A stretch of DNA of 64,000 bases, from the NCBI GenBank assembly GCA_032128115.1, contig JAQBHB010000047.1, forward strand, positions 64,001 to 128,000. Reading direction: 5' to 3'. The position numbers and the translations under genes are program-made. Positions 17,921-27,385 of this stretch are shown in pieces. How positions within the stretch are numbered: the stretch's first letter is position 1; every line of letters begins with the position of its first letter. The notes under the pieces were generated by a model. The model did not search any database and was not told the DNA's origin. It saw nothing but the letters and a program-made list of their open reading frames with translations. Origin of the DNA: Deltaproteobacteria bacterium. Its GTDB lineage: Bacteria > Myxococcota_A > UBA9160 > SMWR01.

Positions 17921-19669
17921 ATGAGGACCGTGAGAGAATCCGAGGCGCCCGAGAACGCACCGGGGCCCGGCGACCCCGCACCCACGCCGCCGGTCGGTCG
18001 CCGCGCGTGGCTGCTGCTGGCGTTGCTCGCGTCCGGCTACGCCTTTCTCGCCGTTCACAGCCTGCTCCAGAAGTCGGTCACCGTCGATGAGCTGGGCCAT
18101 CTGCCGGCCGGCTACTACTTCCTGCGCAGCGGTGAATCGCGGTTCAGCTCCCTGAATCCGCCGCTGGTCAACGCTCTCAGCGCGCTCCCCGTGGTCCTGA
18201 TGAGGCCGGAGCCCGAGGCGCAGGTCAAATCCGTCCAGCATCCAGGGCGCGAGGCCTTCTGGGGCAACGGCTACCGGTTCATGTTCCAGCACGCCACGAA
18301 CTACCGCACCTATTACACCGTGGGCCGTTGCGTCACGGTGGCGCTGGTCGGCGTGTTGGGAGTGATCCTGTTCCTGTGGGCACGCGCCCTGTGCCCCATG
18401 CGTGCGGACCTGGCCGGGCTGCTTGCGGCCGGCCTGCTGTGGTATTCGCCGGGGGTGCTGGCGCACGCGCGCCTGGTGACCACCGACGCCGGCTCGGCCC
18501 TGTTCATCAGCGCCGCGCTCTGGAGCCTGCACGGTTTCCTGCGCCGACCCAACGACTCGCGCATGCTCACCTGCGGGCTGGCCCTGGGCCTGGCCCAGCT
18601 TTCCAAATTCTACGCCCTGTTCCTATATCCGGTCTTCATCGTGGTGGCAGTCGTCTGGCTGCGCGGTTGGGATCGCTATGCCTACCGGCGCGCCGCCTGG
18701 GGGGTGCTGGGCGCGTTCGCCGTGAGTCTGCTGGTCTTGAATGCCGGCTACCTGTTCCAGGGGTCGGGGGCGTCGCTTGCCCTGTACGAATTCCAGAGCG
18801 AACGCATGCAGACACTGGCCTCGGTGCTTCCCGCTGGACTGCGGGTGCCGCTACCGGGCTCCTTCATGATCGGGCTCGACGCCCAGATGGGGGAGGTCGA
18901 ATCCGACATCCCCTCGTTTTTGTGGGGCGAAACCTTCTCGGGAGGGCGCTGGTACTACTTCCTGGCCCTGATTCCGATCAAGACGCCGATTCCGCTGCTG
19001 CTGATTGCGGGAATCGCAGTCGCGCTCGCCATTCGCGAGCGAGCGTGGACCCCGCGAGAGCTGGTGCTGCTGCTCTTCTTCCCGGTTTCGTTCTTCCTGT
19101 TCCTGTCGTTGGCCGATCAGCGCCAGTTGGGTCTGCGCGCGTTGCTGACGGTGGCTCCCCTGTGGTGGCTCTGGGTGGCCGCCACCCTGGCGCGCACGCT
19201 GTCGGGACTGAAGCAGTGGTCGGCGGTGGCGGTGCTGCTGATCTGGACGGGGGTCGAGACGCTGGTTGCCCATCCGGACTACCTGTCGTACTTCAACCAG
19301 ACCATCGGCGGCTCGGACCAGGGCTATCGCTACGCGGCGGGGTCGGATCTCGACTGGGGTCAGGATCTGGTGGGGCTGAGGCGCTTCCAGGAGGAACAGG
19401 GGGGCGAGCCGCTGCAGCTGCTCTACTTCGGCAGCGTGGCTCCGACGATCTACGGCATCGACTACAAGGTTCCCGAGGCGACACTCGAGCCCGGCCTGCT
19501 GGCGGTGAGCACGACGCTCTATCACCGGCGCTACCCCATGTTCGACCGCGGCGCCCTGCGAGCCGTGGGCCCCGTCGACATCGAAGCCGCCGGACTCGGA
19601 GATCCCGTGGCCCGCATCGGAAACTCCATCCACGTGTATCGCATTCCCGAGGGCGCCCCTCCCCAATGA
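17921..19669 (+). CDS. ArnT/PMT-like (GT-C) membrane glycosyltransferase
   Basis: KSVTVDE..HLPAG, NPPL, AHARLVTTD, GLAQLSK, YLSYFN, SDLDWGQDL; many TM helices. Confidence 0.85.
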   Translation: MRTVRESEAPENAPGPGDPAPTPPVGRRAWLLLALLASGYAFLAVHSLLQKSVTVDELGHLPAGYYFLRSGESRFSSLNPPLVNALSALPVVLMRPEPEAQVKSVQHPGREAFWGNGYRFMFQHATNYRTYYTVGRCVTVALVGVLGVILFLWARALCPMRADLAGLLAAGLLWYSPGVLAHARLVTTDAGSALFISAALWSLHGFLRRPNDSRMLTCGLALGLAQLSKFYALFLYPVFIVVAVVWLRGWDRYAYRRAAWGVLGAFAVSLLVLNAGYLFQGSGASLALYEFQSERMQTLASVLPAGLRVPLPGSFMIGLDAQMGEVESDIPSFLWGETFSGGRWYYFLALIPIKTPIPLLLIAGIAVALAIRERAWTPRELVLLLFFPVSFFLFLSLADQRQLGLRALLTVAPLWWLWVAATLARTLSGLKQWSAVAVLLIWTGVETLVAHPDYLSYFNQTIGGSDQGYRYAAGSDLDWGQDLVGLRRFQEEQGGEPLQLLYFGSVAPTIYGIDYKVPEATLEPGLLAVSTTLYHRRYPMFDRGALRAVGPVDIEAAGLGDPVARIGNSIHVYRIPEGAPPQ

Positions 19670-21234
19670 TCCCGAGTTCGCGAACGCGGCGGGCGGCGGC
19701 GTCCTCACTGCTGCTGGCTGGCCTGGCCTGCAGTGGGGGCGACGCCTCCCCGACCCGCGACCCTGCTCTCCCCAACATCCTTTGGGTGGTATGGGACACC
19801 GTCCGCGCCGATCACCTGAGCCTGTACGGCTATGCCCGCACCACCACGCCGCGGCTGGACGCCTGGGCCCAGGGCGCCCGGGTCTTCGAAGACGTCACTT
19901 CGGCCGCAGGCTACACGCTGCCCTCCCACGCCTCCATGTTCACGGGCCTGATGCCCAGTGAGCACTGCGCCCACAACGATCACAAGCGACTCGACGACCG
20001 CTACGACACGGTTGCCGAGCTTCTCGGCGGCGCGGGCTACCGGACCTTCCTGTACTCGGCAAATCCCCACATCAGCGGCGGCTCGCGAAACTTCGACCAG
20101 GGTTTCGACGCGACGTCGCAGCCCTACAGCAGGGAATGGAGCGGTGAGGCCGAACGCGTGATCCGGGAGAAGCTCGAGCGCGATGACCGCAGCAGCGAAT
20201 TCCCGTCGCGGTTCCGCGCCGCAGACCGCGGCCGCGGGCTGCTGAACGCCTGGGACCTGAAGGCGGCGGGACCGGTGGCGGGCAAGGCGCTCCTCCAGTG
20301 GCTGGAAGCCAGCGACCCAGAACGGCCGTACTTCGCGTTCCTGAACTACATGGAGGCGCACCCGCCCTACATCCCCTCTCGCGAGCACCGACGGCGGGTG
20401 ATGTCGGAAGACGATGTGGGCCGCTCGTACCGGGTGGATCGGTCCTGGCTGCGCGTCTGGGAATACACCTTCGGGCTTGGCGAATTCTCGGACGAAGACC
20501 TGGAACTCACCCGCGCCACCTACGACGCCACCCTGGGAGAGCTGGACGATCTGTTGGCGGAGTTGCTGGAAGCGCTGGACGACGAGGGTTTCCTGGACAA
20601 TACGGTGGTGGTGCTCACTTCCGATCACGGCGAACACCTGGGTGAGCAGCACATGCTCGACCACCAGTACTCGCTCTACGAGCCGATCCTCCGGGTTCCG
20701 CTCGTGATCCACTTCCCCAGCCGCTTCGAGCCCGGGCGCGACGACCGCCCCGTGATGAACATGGACGTGTTTGCGACGCTTCTGGAGCTCGCCGGCATCG
20801 AGGTTCCGGCCGGGACGCGGGCGGTGAGCCTGCTCGATCCGGAGCCTTCGCGGGTTCGCCTGGCCGAGGAGCCCGCGCGCACGGCGGTGGGCATGCCTCC
20901 GGTGCAGGAGCGGCACCCGGACTGGGATCCCAGCCCCTACCAGCGCCAGATCCGGACCCTGACGGATCCTCCCTACAAGTACATCTGGGGCTCTGACGGG
21001 CGCAACGCACTCTTCGACCTGGAACACGATCCGGGCGAGGAGCGCAACCTGATCGAAGACGAGGCCGAGGTCGCTGGGCGCCTGGCCGCCGCTCTCGAGG
21101 CGCAGCGCGCGGCCCTGGCCCGATGCGATGTCGAGGCGGACGACATCCCGACCGATCCGTCGGATGAGAAGCGCCTGCTCGAAGGACTCGGCTACGTGGA
21201 GCCCGACGACTCGGCGACCCGCTCCGGGAACTAG
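19666..21234 (+). CDS. Sulfatase-like (alkaline phosphatase superfamily) lipoprotein with Thr at the nucleophile position
   Basis: ATGA overlap; LAC lipobox; DTVRADH, YTLPSHASMFTG, NYMEAHPPY, TSDHGEHLGE, LFDL..DPGE. Confidence 0.88.
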   Translation: MIPSSRTRRAAASSLLLAGLACSGGDASPTRDPALPNILWVVWDTVRADHLSLYGYARTTTPRLDAWAQGARVFEDVTSAAGYTLPSHASMFTGLMPSEHCAHNDHKRLDDRYDTVAELLGGAGYRTFLYSANPHISGGSRNFDQGFDATSQPYSREWSGEAERVIREKLERDDRSSEFPSRFRAADRGRGLLNAWDLKAAGPVAGKALLQWLEASDPERPYFAFLNYMEAHPPYIPSREHRRRVMSEDDVGRSYRVDRSWLRVWEYTFGLGEFSDEDLELTRATYDATLGELDDLLAELLEALDDEGFLDNTVVVLTSDHGEHLGEQHMLDHQYSLYEPILRVPLVIHFPSRFEPGRDDRPVMNMDVFATLLELAGIEVPAGTRAVSLLDPEPSRVRLAEEPARTAVGMPPVQERHPDWDPSPYQRQIRTLTDPPYKYIWGSDGRNALFDLEHDPGEERNLIEDEAEVAGRLAAALEAQRAALARCDVEADDIPTDPSDEKRLLEGLGYVEPDDSATRSGN

Positions 21235-21237
21235 CCA

Positions 21238-21522
21238 TTGACCCGGCTGCAGATCAAGGTGGTTCCCGCATCCTCGCGTGACGGCATCGCGGGATGGCTC
21301 GGTGAAAGCCTCAAGGTCCGTGTGCGGGCACCCGCCGAGCGGGGCAAGGCGAACGCAGCGGCGGAGAAGGTCGTTGCCGAAGCGCTCGGCGTGCCGAGAG
21401 ACTGCGCTCGCGTGATTGCCGGGTGGACTTCCCCGCAAAAGGTCATGGAGATCTCGGATCTCTCCGAATCCGAGATCCGTCGCCGACTCTCGAAGTCGGC
21501 GGCGGCGTCCGAGGAGCCGTGA
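21238..21522 (+). CDS. DUF167/UPF0235 (YggU-like) protein
   Basis: IKVVP.SSRD..LKVRVRAPAERGKAN..GWTSPQK. Confidence 0.88.
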   Translation: MTRLQIKVVPASSRDGIAGWLGESLKVRVRAPAERGKANAAAEKVVAEALGVPRDCARVIAGWTSPQKVMEISDLSESEIRRRLSKSAAASEEP

Positions 21523-21629
21523 ACACCGCGATCGCCTGATTCCGGGTGTTTTCTCCTCCACAAGGAGGCCCCTTGGACTCCTCACGCGTTCCTGCCGTGT
21601 GTACGATAAGGGGGGCCTGGGGTGGGCGG

Positions 21630-23876
21630 ATGACCGACGAAGAGACACGAGAGCTGCACGAGCTTCGCGCGTCCCTGGACGCCGCGCGCGCGCAGTTGGC
21701 GGGGCTCGAGACCCGGATCCGCCGCTTCGAAACCCCGGAAGCCGGCGCGGTTGCCCAGCCGCCCGTTGGCGCGCCCGCCGCGCCCACGTTGCCCGAACGC
21801 GCGCCCGCGCGCCGCACCCGGCCCCCGCGATCCCCGCGCACGCCGAGCGCCTTCGAGCGCCGGATGCGTGAGTTCTTCACCGAGGGGAACCCGCTGAACA
21901 AGCTCGGGGCCATCAGCCTGATCGTGGGCGCCGTGCTGATCTTCAAGTATGCGGTCGACAACCAGTGGATCGGCCCCACGGGCCGCGTCGCCCTGGGCTT
22001 CGTCGTGGGCGCCGCCCTGTTCGCGGTGGGGGAATACTTCGCGCGCAAGACCTGGAAGCTCTTCGCCTCTGGCCTCACCGGCGCGGGAAACGGCGTGCTC
22101 TTCGTCGCGGTCTGGTTCGGACAGCAGCAGTACGAGATCCTGCCGCCGCTGGTCGCGTTCGCGCTCTATGTCCTGCTGACAGCGGTCGTGGTGGTGCAGT
22201 CGCTTCGCTACGACGCGCTCGGACTCGCCGTCTGGGGCCTGCTCGGCGGCTACCTGACGCCCCTGCTGGCCAGCACTGGTAGCGGAAACTTCGTATTCCT
22301 GTCGAACTACCTGCTGGTTCTCAACACCGGCGTGTTCGCGGTGGGCTACCGACGAAGCTGGCACCTGCTCAAGTGGATGGCGTTCCTGCTGACGGCGCCG
22401 TACACGGTGGCGTGGGTCGCCGCCTTCGAGGGCCAGCCTCGCTCCACCCGCTGGCTCGAGCTGCACTGGCTGCTGCCCTACCTGGGGGTGTTCTTCGCGT
22501 ACTTCGCGGCGATCCCCACCTGGCGCAGCCTGGTGAGGCGAAAGCCCGTGGGCGCCTTCGACCAGAATCTCACGGTGGCCAACGGCGTCTTCCATTTCGC
22601 GCTGGTCTCGCGGCTTCTCTACCCCGACCACCGGGCCTGGCTGGGCCTCGTCGCTGCGATCACTGCGGTGCTCTACGTGTTCGTCGCGTCGCGCGTGGTT
22701 CGTCAGCCGGCAGTGGACGTCCGTGCCCTGCGGGTCTTCGCCGGCACCGCGGCGGGCTTCTTGCTGCTGGCGACGCCCTACCTGGTGAGCGGACCCACCA
22801 TCACCCTGGTGTGGTGCGCCCAGACCGTGTTCCTGGCCTGGGTCTGCACCCGCGAGCGCTTCGGCTTCCTGCGCCTGCACGTGCTGGCCATGGTGGGCGT
22901 GATCGCCGTGCGCCTGGTGGGCTTCGACGGACTCTTCGAGGTCGATCGGGTCGACTCGGCGCATGCCTACCTCCCGTTCATGCAGCTGGAGAGCTACCCG
23001 CCCCTGGCGGCCGCCCTCACTTTCGGGCTGGTGGGGCACTTCCTCGGGCGGCTGCCGCGGCTGTCCCAGGCGGTCACCTGGCTGCTGGCGCTCGGGTTGC
23101 TGGTGTTGACCTTCGGCGTCCACGGCGAATCCGTGCGCTGGACCCGAGCCGCGCTGGCCCCGAACGCCAGCCGCGAGCTGCAGAACCTGATCGAGAGCGG
23201 ACTGCTGGTGGCAGTGATGTGTGCGCTCTGGTTCGGTCTGGTGGCCCGTCTCACGGGCCCGCGCATTCCCGCCGCACTGGGCGCCGGATTCGGGGCCCTG
23301 CTCCTGCTCTGGGTAGTGGAGGTGTTGCTCTGGCCCGGTGGCTACGGGCACATGAGCCTGATCGTTGGCCACGGCTACAACCTGTGGTGGCTGCACACGG
23401 GTGTGCTGCTCATGCTGCCGTTGGTGTGGCTGCTGGTGCAGATGGGACGCGAGATCGACCAACCCCTGGGCTGGTTGAAGCTTTCACACCTGAGGGCCGC
23501 GTTTTTCGGTGCGGCGTTGATCGTGACCCTGCTGTTGCTGCGGCGCGAGATCTTCGCCATCACCCATGCTCCACCCGTGGCCGATCTCTTCTCAGCCGAC
23601 GCGCGGCTTGCCAGCTATCGCATGTTGCTCTCGCTGGCCTACGCCTTCCTCGCCTTCGGCATCTACCTGAACGCGATCCGCACCCGGAGTCGCATCCGCC
23701 TGCACGCGGCCTACGCGCTCTACGTGATGACGGCCCTCAAGGTCTACATCTTCGACCTGGAGTCGCAGAACCAGCTCTATCGCGCCTTCTCGCTGCTGAT
23801 CTTTGCCGCGATCCTGTTCGTGAGTTCGTATTTCGCGAACCGACACCGGACCGCGAACCCGAGCAGCCGTGCGTAG
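21630..23876 (+). CDS. DUF2339 family membrane protein
   Basis: N-terminal coiled coil, LNKLG..FKYAVDNQWIGPTGRV, GGYLTPLL, KVYIFDL; many TMs. Confidence 0.85.
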   Translation: MTDEETRELHELRASLDAARAQLAGLETRIRRFETPEAGAVAQPPVGAPAAPTLPERAPARRTRPPRSPRTPSAFERRMREFFTEGNPLNKLGAISLIVGAVLIFKYAVDNQWIGPTGRVALGFVVGAALFAVGEYFARKTWKLFASGLTGAGNGVLFVAVWFGQQQYEILPPLVAFALYVLLTAVVVVQSLRYDALGLAVWGLLGGYLTPLLASTGSGNFVFLSNYLLVLNTGVFAVGYRRSWHLLKWMAFLLTAPYTVAWVAAFEGQPRSTRWLELHWLLPYLGVFFAYFAAIPTWRSLVRRKPVGAFDQNLTVANGVFHFALVSRLLYPDHRAWLGLVAAITAVLYVFVASRVVRQPAVDVRALRVFAGTAAGFLLLATPYLVSGPTITLVWCAQTVFLAWVCTRERFGFLRLHVLAMVGVIAVRLVGFDGLFEVDRVDSAHAYLPFMQLESYPPLAAALTFGLVGHFLGRLPRLSQAVTWLLALGLLVLTFGVHGESVRWTRAALAPNASRELQNLIESGLLVAVMCALWFGLVARLTGPRIPAALGAGFGALLLLWVVEVLLWPGGYGHMSLIVGHGYNLWWLHTGVLLMLPLVWLLVQMGREIDQPLGWLKLSHLRAAFFGAALIVTLLLLRREIFAITHAPPVADLFSADARLASYRMLLSLAYAFLAFGIYLNAIRTRSRIRLHAAYALYVMTALKVYIFDLESQNQLYRAFSLLIFAAILFVSSYFANRHRTANPSSRA

Positions 23877-25161
23877 GGCGACTGCGCTGCTTCTGGTCGC
23901 CCTGGGAACCGCGAGCGTCGCCGGGGCGGAAGAACGCCGCTCCGTCGGCGACTTCCAAAGCAGGGCGGAGATCGAGATCGCGCCCGGCGCGGGCGAGGCC
24001 TACGGCGTGCCGCTCTCCGCCGAGGCCTCGGCGGCCCTGAAAGAGGGGCGCGAGGTGCGCGTTTTCGATGCTCGGGGCCGCGAGATTCCTTCGCTGGTGC
24101 ACAGCGCATACGCCCGGCCCGAGATCCGGGAGCGCCCGGTCAGCGTCTTCAACCAGGCGTGGAATCCGGGGCTCGTGCAGACGCTGGCCGTGGAGCTCAC
24201 CGATCGCGGCCCCCAATCGGTGAACGAATTCACGTTCGAGATCCGCGACGAGCAGTACAACGCCAGCGTGCGCGTGGAAGGAAGCGACGAATCCAGTGGC
24301 GGATCCGATGACTGGCGGATCGCGGGCGACGGACTGCACCTGATCCGCCACACGATTCCCGGCGAGAAGATCGACTACGTGCACAACGTGCTGCGCATCC
24401 CCACCTCGCGCTACCGGCGCTACCGCTTCACCCTGCGGCAGCCGGGCCGCGAGGAGCCCCTGACCATCGAGTCCGTGAGCGTGCGTGAGGTGATCCACCG
24501 GGGCACGCACCTGACGCTTCCTGTGCATCTGGAAGGGTGGAAGAATCCGCGCGACCCGGATAAACGGCATCAGTACTGGCGGCTGGGGCTGGATCGCGCC
24601 TACCTGGGCGTGAACCGGGTGGATCTGACGATTTTTGGAACCGACTACGCGCGCCCGGCGAAGCTCTGGGCCTGGAACCCGGAACTCTCGCGACCGGGCG
24701 ACTTCCTCGACAGCACGGTGCTGTTCCAATACGGAAACGACCGGGACACCGGGTTCGGCGGCTTCACCAGCGATGCGGAAGAACTGGTGATGATGATCGA
24801 TCAGGGGGACGACGAGCCCATCCCGGTGGCGCGAGTCCGCGCCAGCCGGCCGCGGCAGCAGGTGCGCTTCCTGATGGGAGCGTCGGCCGAGGCGCCGCTC
24901 GCGCTCTACTTCACGCCGGACGTGCCGCGAGATCCCGAATACGACCTGCCCCGGCGCCTGGAGGAGCGCGGCATCGCGGCCTTCGCGAGCGCCGAACACG
25001 GACCGCTGACCGAGAACCCCGCCTACCGCCTGCCGCCCGAACCCCTTTCGGAGCGGGCCCCCCAGCTGCTCTACGCCGTGGTGGGTGCGCTGGTGCTGGG
25101 GCTGGGGATCTACCTGGCGCGGACGCTTCGCAAGGGGCTCCCGCCCGAGGAGCCTTCCTAG
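23869..25161 (+). CDS. DUF3999-like exported protein with C-terminal membrane anchor
   Basis: Signal peptide, VRVFDARGREIP, IDQGDDEP, PEYDL, C-terminal TM; usual partner of DUF2339. Confidence 0.72.
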   Translation: MRRATALLLVALGTASVAGAEERRSVGDFQSRAEIEIAPGAGEAYGVPLSAEASAALKEGREVRVFDARGREIPSLVHSAYARPEIRERPVSVFNQAWNPGLVQTLAVELTDRGPQSVNEFTFEIRDEQYNASVRVEGSDESSGGSDDWRIAGDGLHLIRHTIPGEKIDYVHNVLRIPTSRYRRYRFTLRQPGREEPLTIESVSVREVIHRGTHLTLPVHLEGWKNPRDPDKRHQYWRLGLDRAYLGVNRVDLTIFGTDYARPAKLWAWNPELSRPGDFLDSTVLFQYGNDRDTGFGGFTSDAEELVMMIDQGDDEPIPVARVRASRPRQQVRFLMGASAEAPLALYFTPDVPRDPEYDLPRRLEERGIAAFASAEHGPLTENPAYRLPPEPLSERAPQLLYAVVGALVLGLGIYLARTLRKGLPPEEPS

Positions 25162-25251
25162 AGCGCATCGCCCCCCTGTCGGTACGATTCTTGCGTTCAC
25201 TCCCGGCGCACGCGCACAATCCGCGCGATCCGAAACAAGGGAGAACGCGCC

Positions 25252-26580
25252 ATGGCCAAGGACAGCCTCAGCATCACCGACAACCGGACCGGGAAGACCT
25301 ACGAACTCCCGATCGACTACGGCACCTATCCCCGCTACGGCGCCGCCATAAAGGCCCTGGATCTGCGGCAGATCCGGGCCTCCGAAGACGACTTTGGTCT
25401 CCTCAGCTACGACCCGGGGTTCACCAATACGGCGTCCTGCCGCAGCGCGATCACCTTCGTGGATGGCGAGCGGGGCATCCTGCGCTACCGGGGCCATCCG
25501 ATCGAGGAGATCGCCGAGCACAGCACCTATCTCGAAACCGCGTATCTGCTGATCCACGGCGAGTTGCCCGACCGCGAACAGCTCGACGGCTGGACGGGAA
25601 ACGTCACGCACCACACCCTGATCCACGAAAACGTGAAGCGGTTCATCGAGGGCTTCCGTTACGACGCCCATCCCATGGGAATCCTGATCGGCACCGTGGG
25701 AGCGCTCTCCACCTTCTATCCCGACGCCAAAAATGTCGATGACGCGGATTCCCGGCGCGAGCAGTTCTGGCGACTCATCGCCAAGACGCCGACCATCGCC
25801 GGCTTCGCCTACCGCTACAGCCGCGGCCTTCCCTACGCCTATCCCGACAACGATCTGTCCTACACGGGAAACTTCCTGAACATGCTCTGGAAGGCGACAG
25901 AGGTCCGATACACGCCGGATCCCATTCTCGAGCGGGCTCTCGACGTGCTGTTCATCCTGCACGCGGACCACGAACAGAACTGCAGCACGAGCGCCATGCG
26001 GGGGATCGGAAGCTCCCTGGGCGATCCCTACTCCGCCGTCGCCGGCGCTGCCGCGGCCCTGTACGGCCCGCGGCACGGAGGCGCGAACGAGGCGGTGCTG
26101 CGCATGCTCGCCGAGATCGGTTCCGTTCAGGCTGTAGCGGCCTTCGTCAAGGGGGTGAAATCGGGCGAGTCGGGGCGGCTCATGGGCTTCGGTCACCGGG
26201 TCTACAAGAACTACGACCCTCGTGCCAAGATCATCAAGAAGCTCGCCGACCAGGTCTTCGAGGTGACGGGCCCGAATCCGCTGCTCGAGATCGCTCTGGA
26301 GCTCGAACGCGTGGCTCTCGACGACGACTACTTCGTGGAGCGGAAGCTCTACCCGAACGTGGACTTCTACTCCGGCATCATCTACCAGGCGATGGGATTC
26401 CCCGTGGACATGTTCCCGGTGCTCTTCGCCATTCCGCGCACGGCCGGCTGGCTGGCCCAGTGGCAGGAAATGCTGCTGGATCCGGACCTGCGCATCACGC
26501 GTCCGAGGCAGGTGTATGTCGGGGTCGACGAACGCGCCTACACCCCCATCGAACAACGCAAGGCGGGCGCGCCGAGCTGA
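25252..26580 (+). CDS. gltA: Citrate synthase (type II)
   Basis: YDPGFTNTASC, LHADHEQNCST, HGGANEAV, LMGFGHRVYKNYDPRA, YPNVDFYSG. Confidence 0.97.
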   Translation: MAKDSLSITDNRTGKTYELPIDYGTYPRYGAAIKALDLRQIRASEDDFGLLSYDPGFTNTASCRSAITFVDGERGILRYRGHPIEEIAEHSTYLETAYLLIHGELPDREQLDGWTGNVTHHTLIHENVKRFIEGFRYDAHPMGILIGTVGALSTFYPDAKNVDDADSRREQFWRLIAKTPTIAGFAYRYSRGLPYAYPDNDLSYTGNFLNMLWKATEVRYTPDPILERALDVLFILHADHEQNCSTSAMRGIGSSLGDPYSAVAGAAAALYGPRHGGANEAVLRMLAEIGSVQAVAAFVKGVKSGESGRLMGFGHRVYKNYDPRAKIIKKLADQVFEVTGPNPLLEIALELERVALDDDYFVERKLYPNVDFYSGIIYQAMGFPVDMFPVLFAIPRTAGWLAQWQEMLLDPDLRITRPRQVYVGVDERAYTPIEQRKAGAPS

Positions 26581-26682
26581 GGATCGCTTTCGCGGTGGGG
26601 CGAATCGGGTCATTTCGCCACATGACTGCGCCGAATCTACCCATACCGAGGTCCGTGGGTGCGGGAGATTCTGCCCCGATGG

Positions 26683-26698
26683 TGGCACGGAACGTGTA
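26683..26698 (+). promoter_or_regulatory. Putative sigma54 (-24/-12) promoter of the cytochrome operon
   Basis: TGGCACG-GAAC-GTGTA: perfect -24 box, -12 reads GT instead of GC; about 55 bp before the start. Confidence 0.5.
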
Positions 26699-26753
26699 AG
26701 GTCGTTCCGGGTGAGTTCTGCCGGCTGGCGAAGTCTGGAGAGGAAGCAGCTGA

Positions 26754-27359
26754 GTGGCCGACCAACCCGCCCGATCCATCCGGCACTACTCGGTATTCGC
26801 CCTGGTCGCCTTCGGAATCTTCGTCGGAGGCGGCACCCTGGCCATCACGGAACAGGCGGCCCGTCAATCGGAGACGGTCGAGTTCTGCGTCTCCTGCCAC
26901 GTCATGGATGCCACGGTCTTCGAGGAGTACAAGGAGACCTCGCACTACTCGAACGCATCCGGAGTGCGCGCGACCTGCGCCGACTGTCACGTCCCCGATC
27001 GTCACGCTCCGGGCGAAGTGATTGCCTACCTGGGCACGAAAATTGGCGCCGCCCGCTTCGTCTACGGCTGGGCGACGGGTCGCACGAGCGAGCCGGAGCA
27101 GCTGATCGCAAAACGGGAGGAGCTGGCCGAGCGGGTCTGGGCCCGGATGCGAGCCGACGATTCGCGCGGGTGTCGCCGCTGCCACGACGACAGCGCGTGG
27201 GATCTCGATGCGCAGACCACGCGGGCCCGGGAGCAGCATTTGAGCGCCATCGAGGAGGGCCAGACCTGCATCGATTGCCACGACGACGGGATCGCGCACG
27301 AACCGGTGGCGCGTGCCGTTCCCGAGAGTGAACTGGAGCAGGATTTTCTTCTGGACTGA
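26754..27359 (+). CDS. NapC/NirT (CymA-like) tetraheme quinol dehydrogenase cytochrome c
   Basis: N-terminal TM; CVSCH, CADCH, CRRCH, CIDCH; HYSNASGVRATC family signature. Confidence 0.93.
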   Translation: MADQPARSIRHYSVFALVAFGIFVGGGTLAITEQAARQSETVEFCVSCHVMDATVFEEYKETSHYSNASGVRATCADCHVPDRHAPGEVIAYLGTKIGAARFVYGWATGRTSEPEQLIAKREELAERVWARMRADDSRGCRRCHDDSAWDLDAQTTRAREQHLSAIEEGQTCIDCHDDGIAHEPVARAVPESELEQDFLLD

Positions 27360-27385
27360 CGTCCGCTGATCGGGAGGCTTCAAAG

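Noticed and set aside
18328..19665. Long N-terminal extension of the sulfatase ORF (similar extensions on 1272, 48917 and 58097 ORFs)
   Set aside because: Overlaps real neighbouring genes; better internal starts with overlap or RBS exist
21554..21568. cctcc-acaa-ggagg hairpin as terminator or CsrA site
   Set aside because: Short stem with no U-tract on the plus strand; insufficient support
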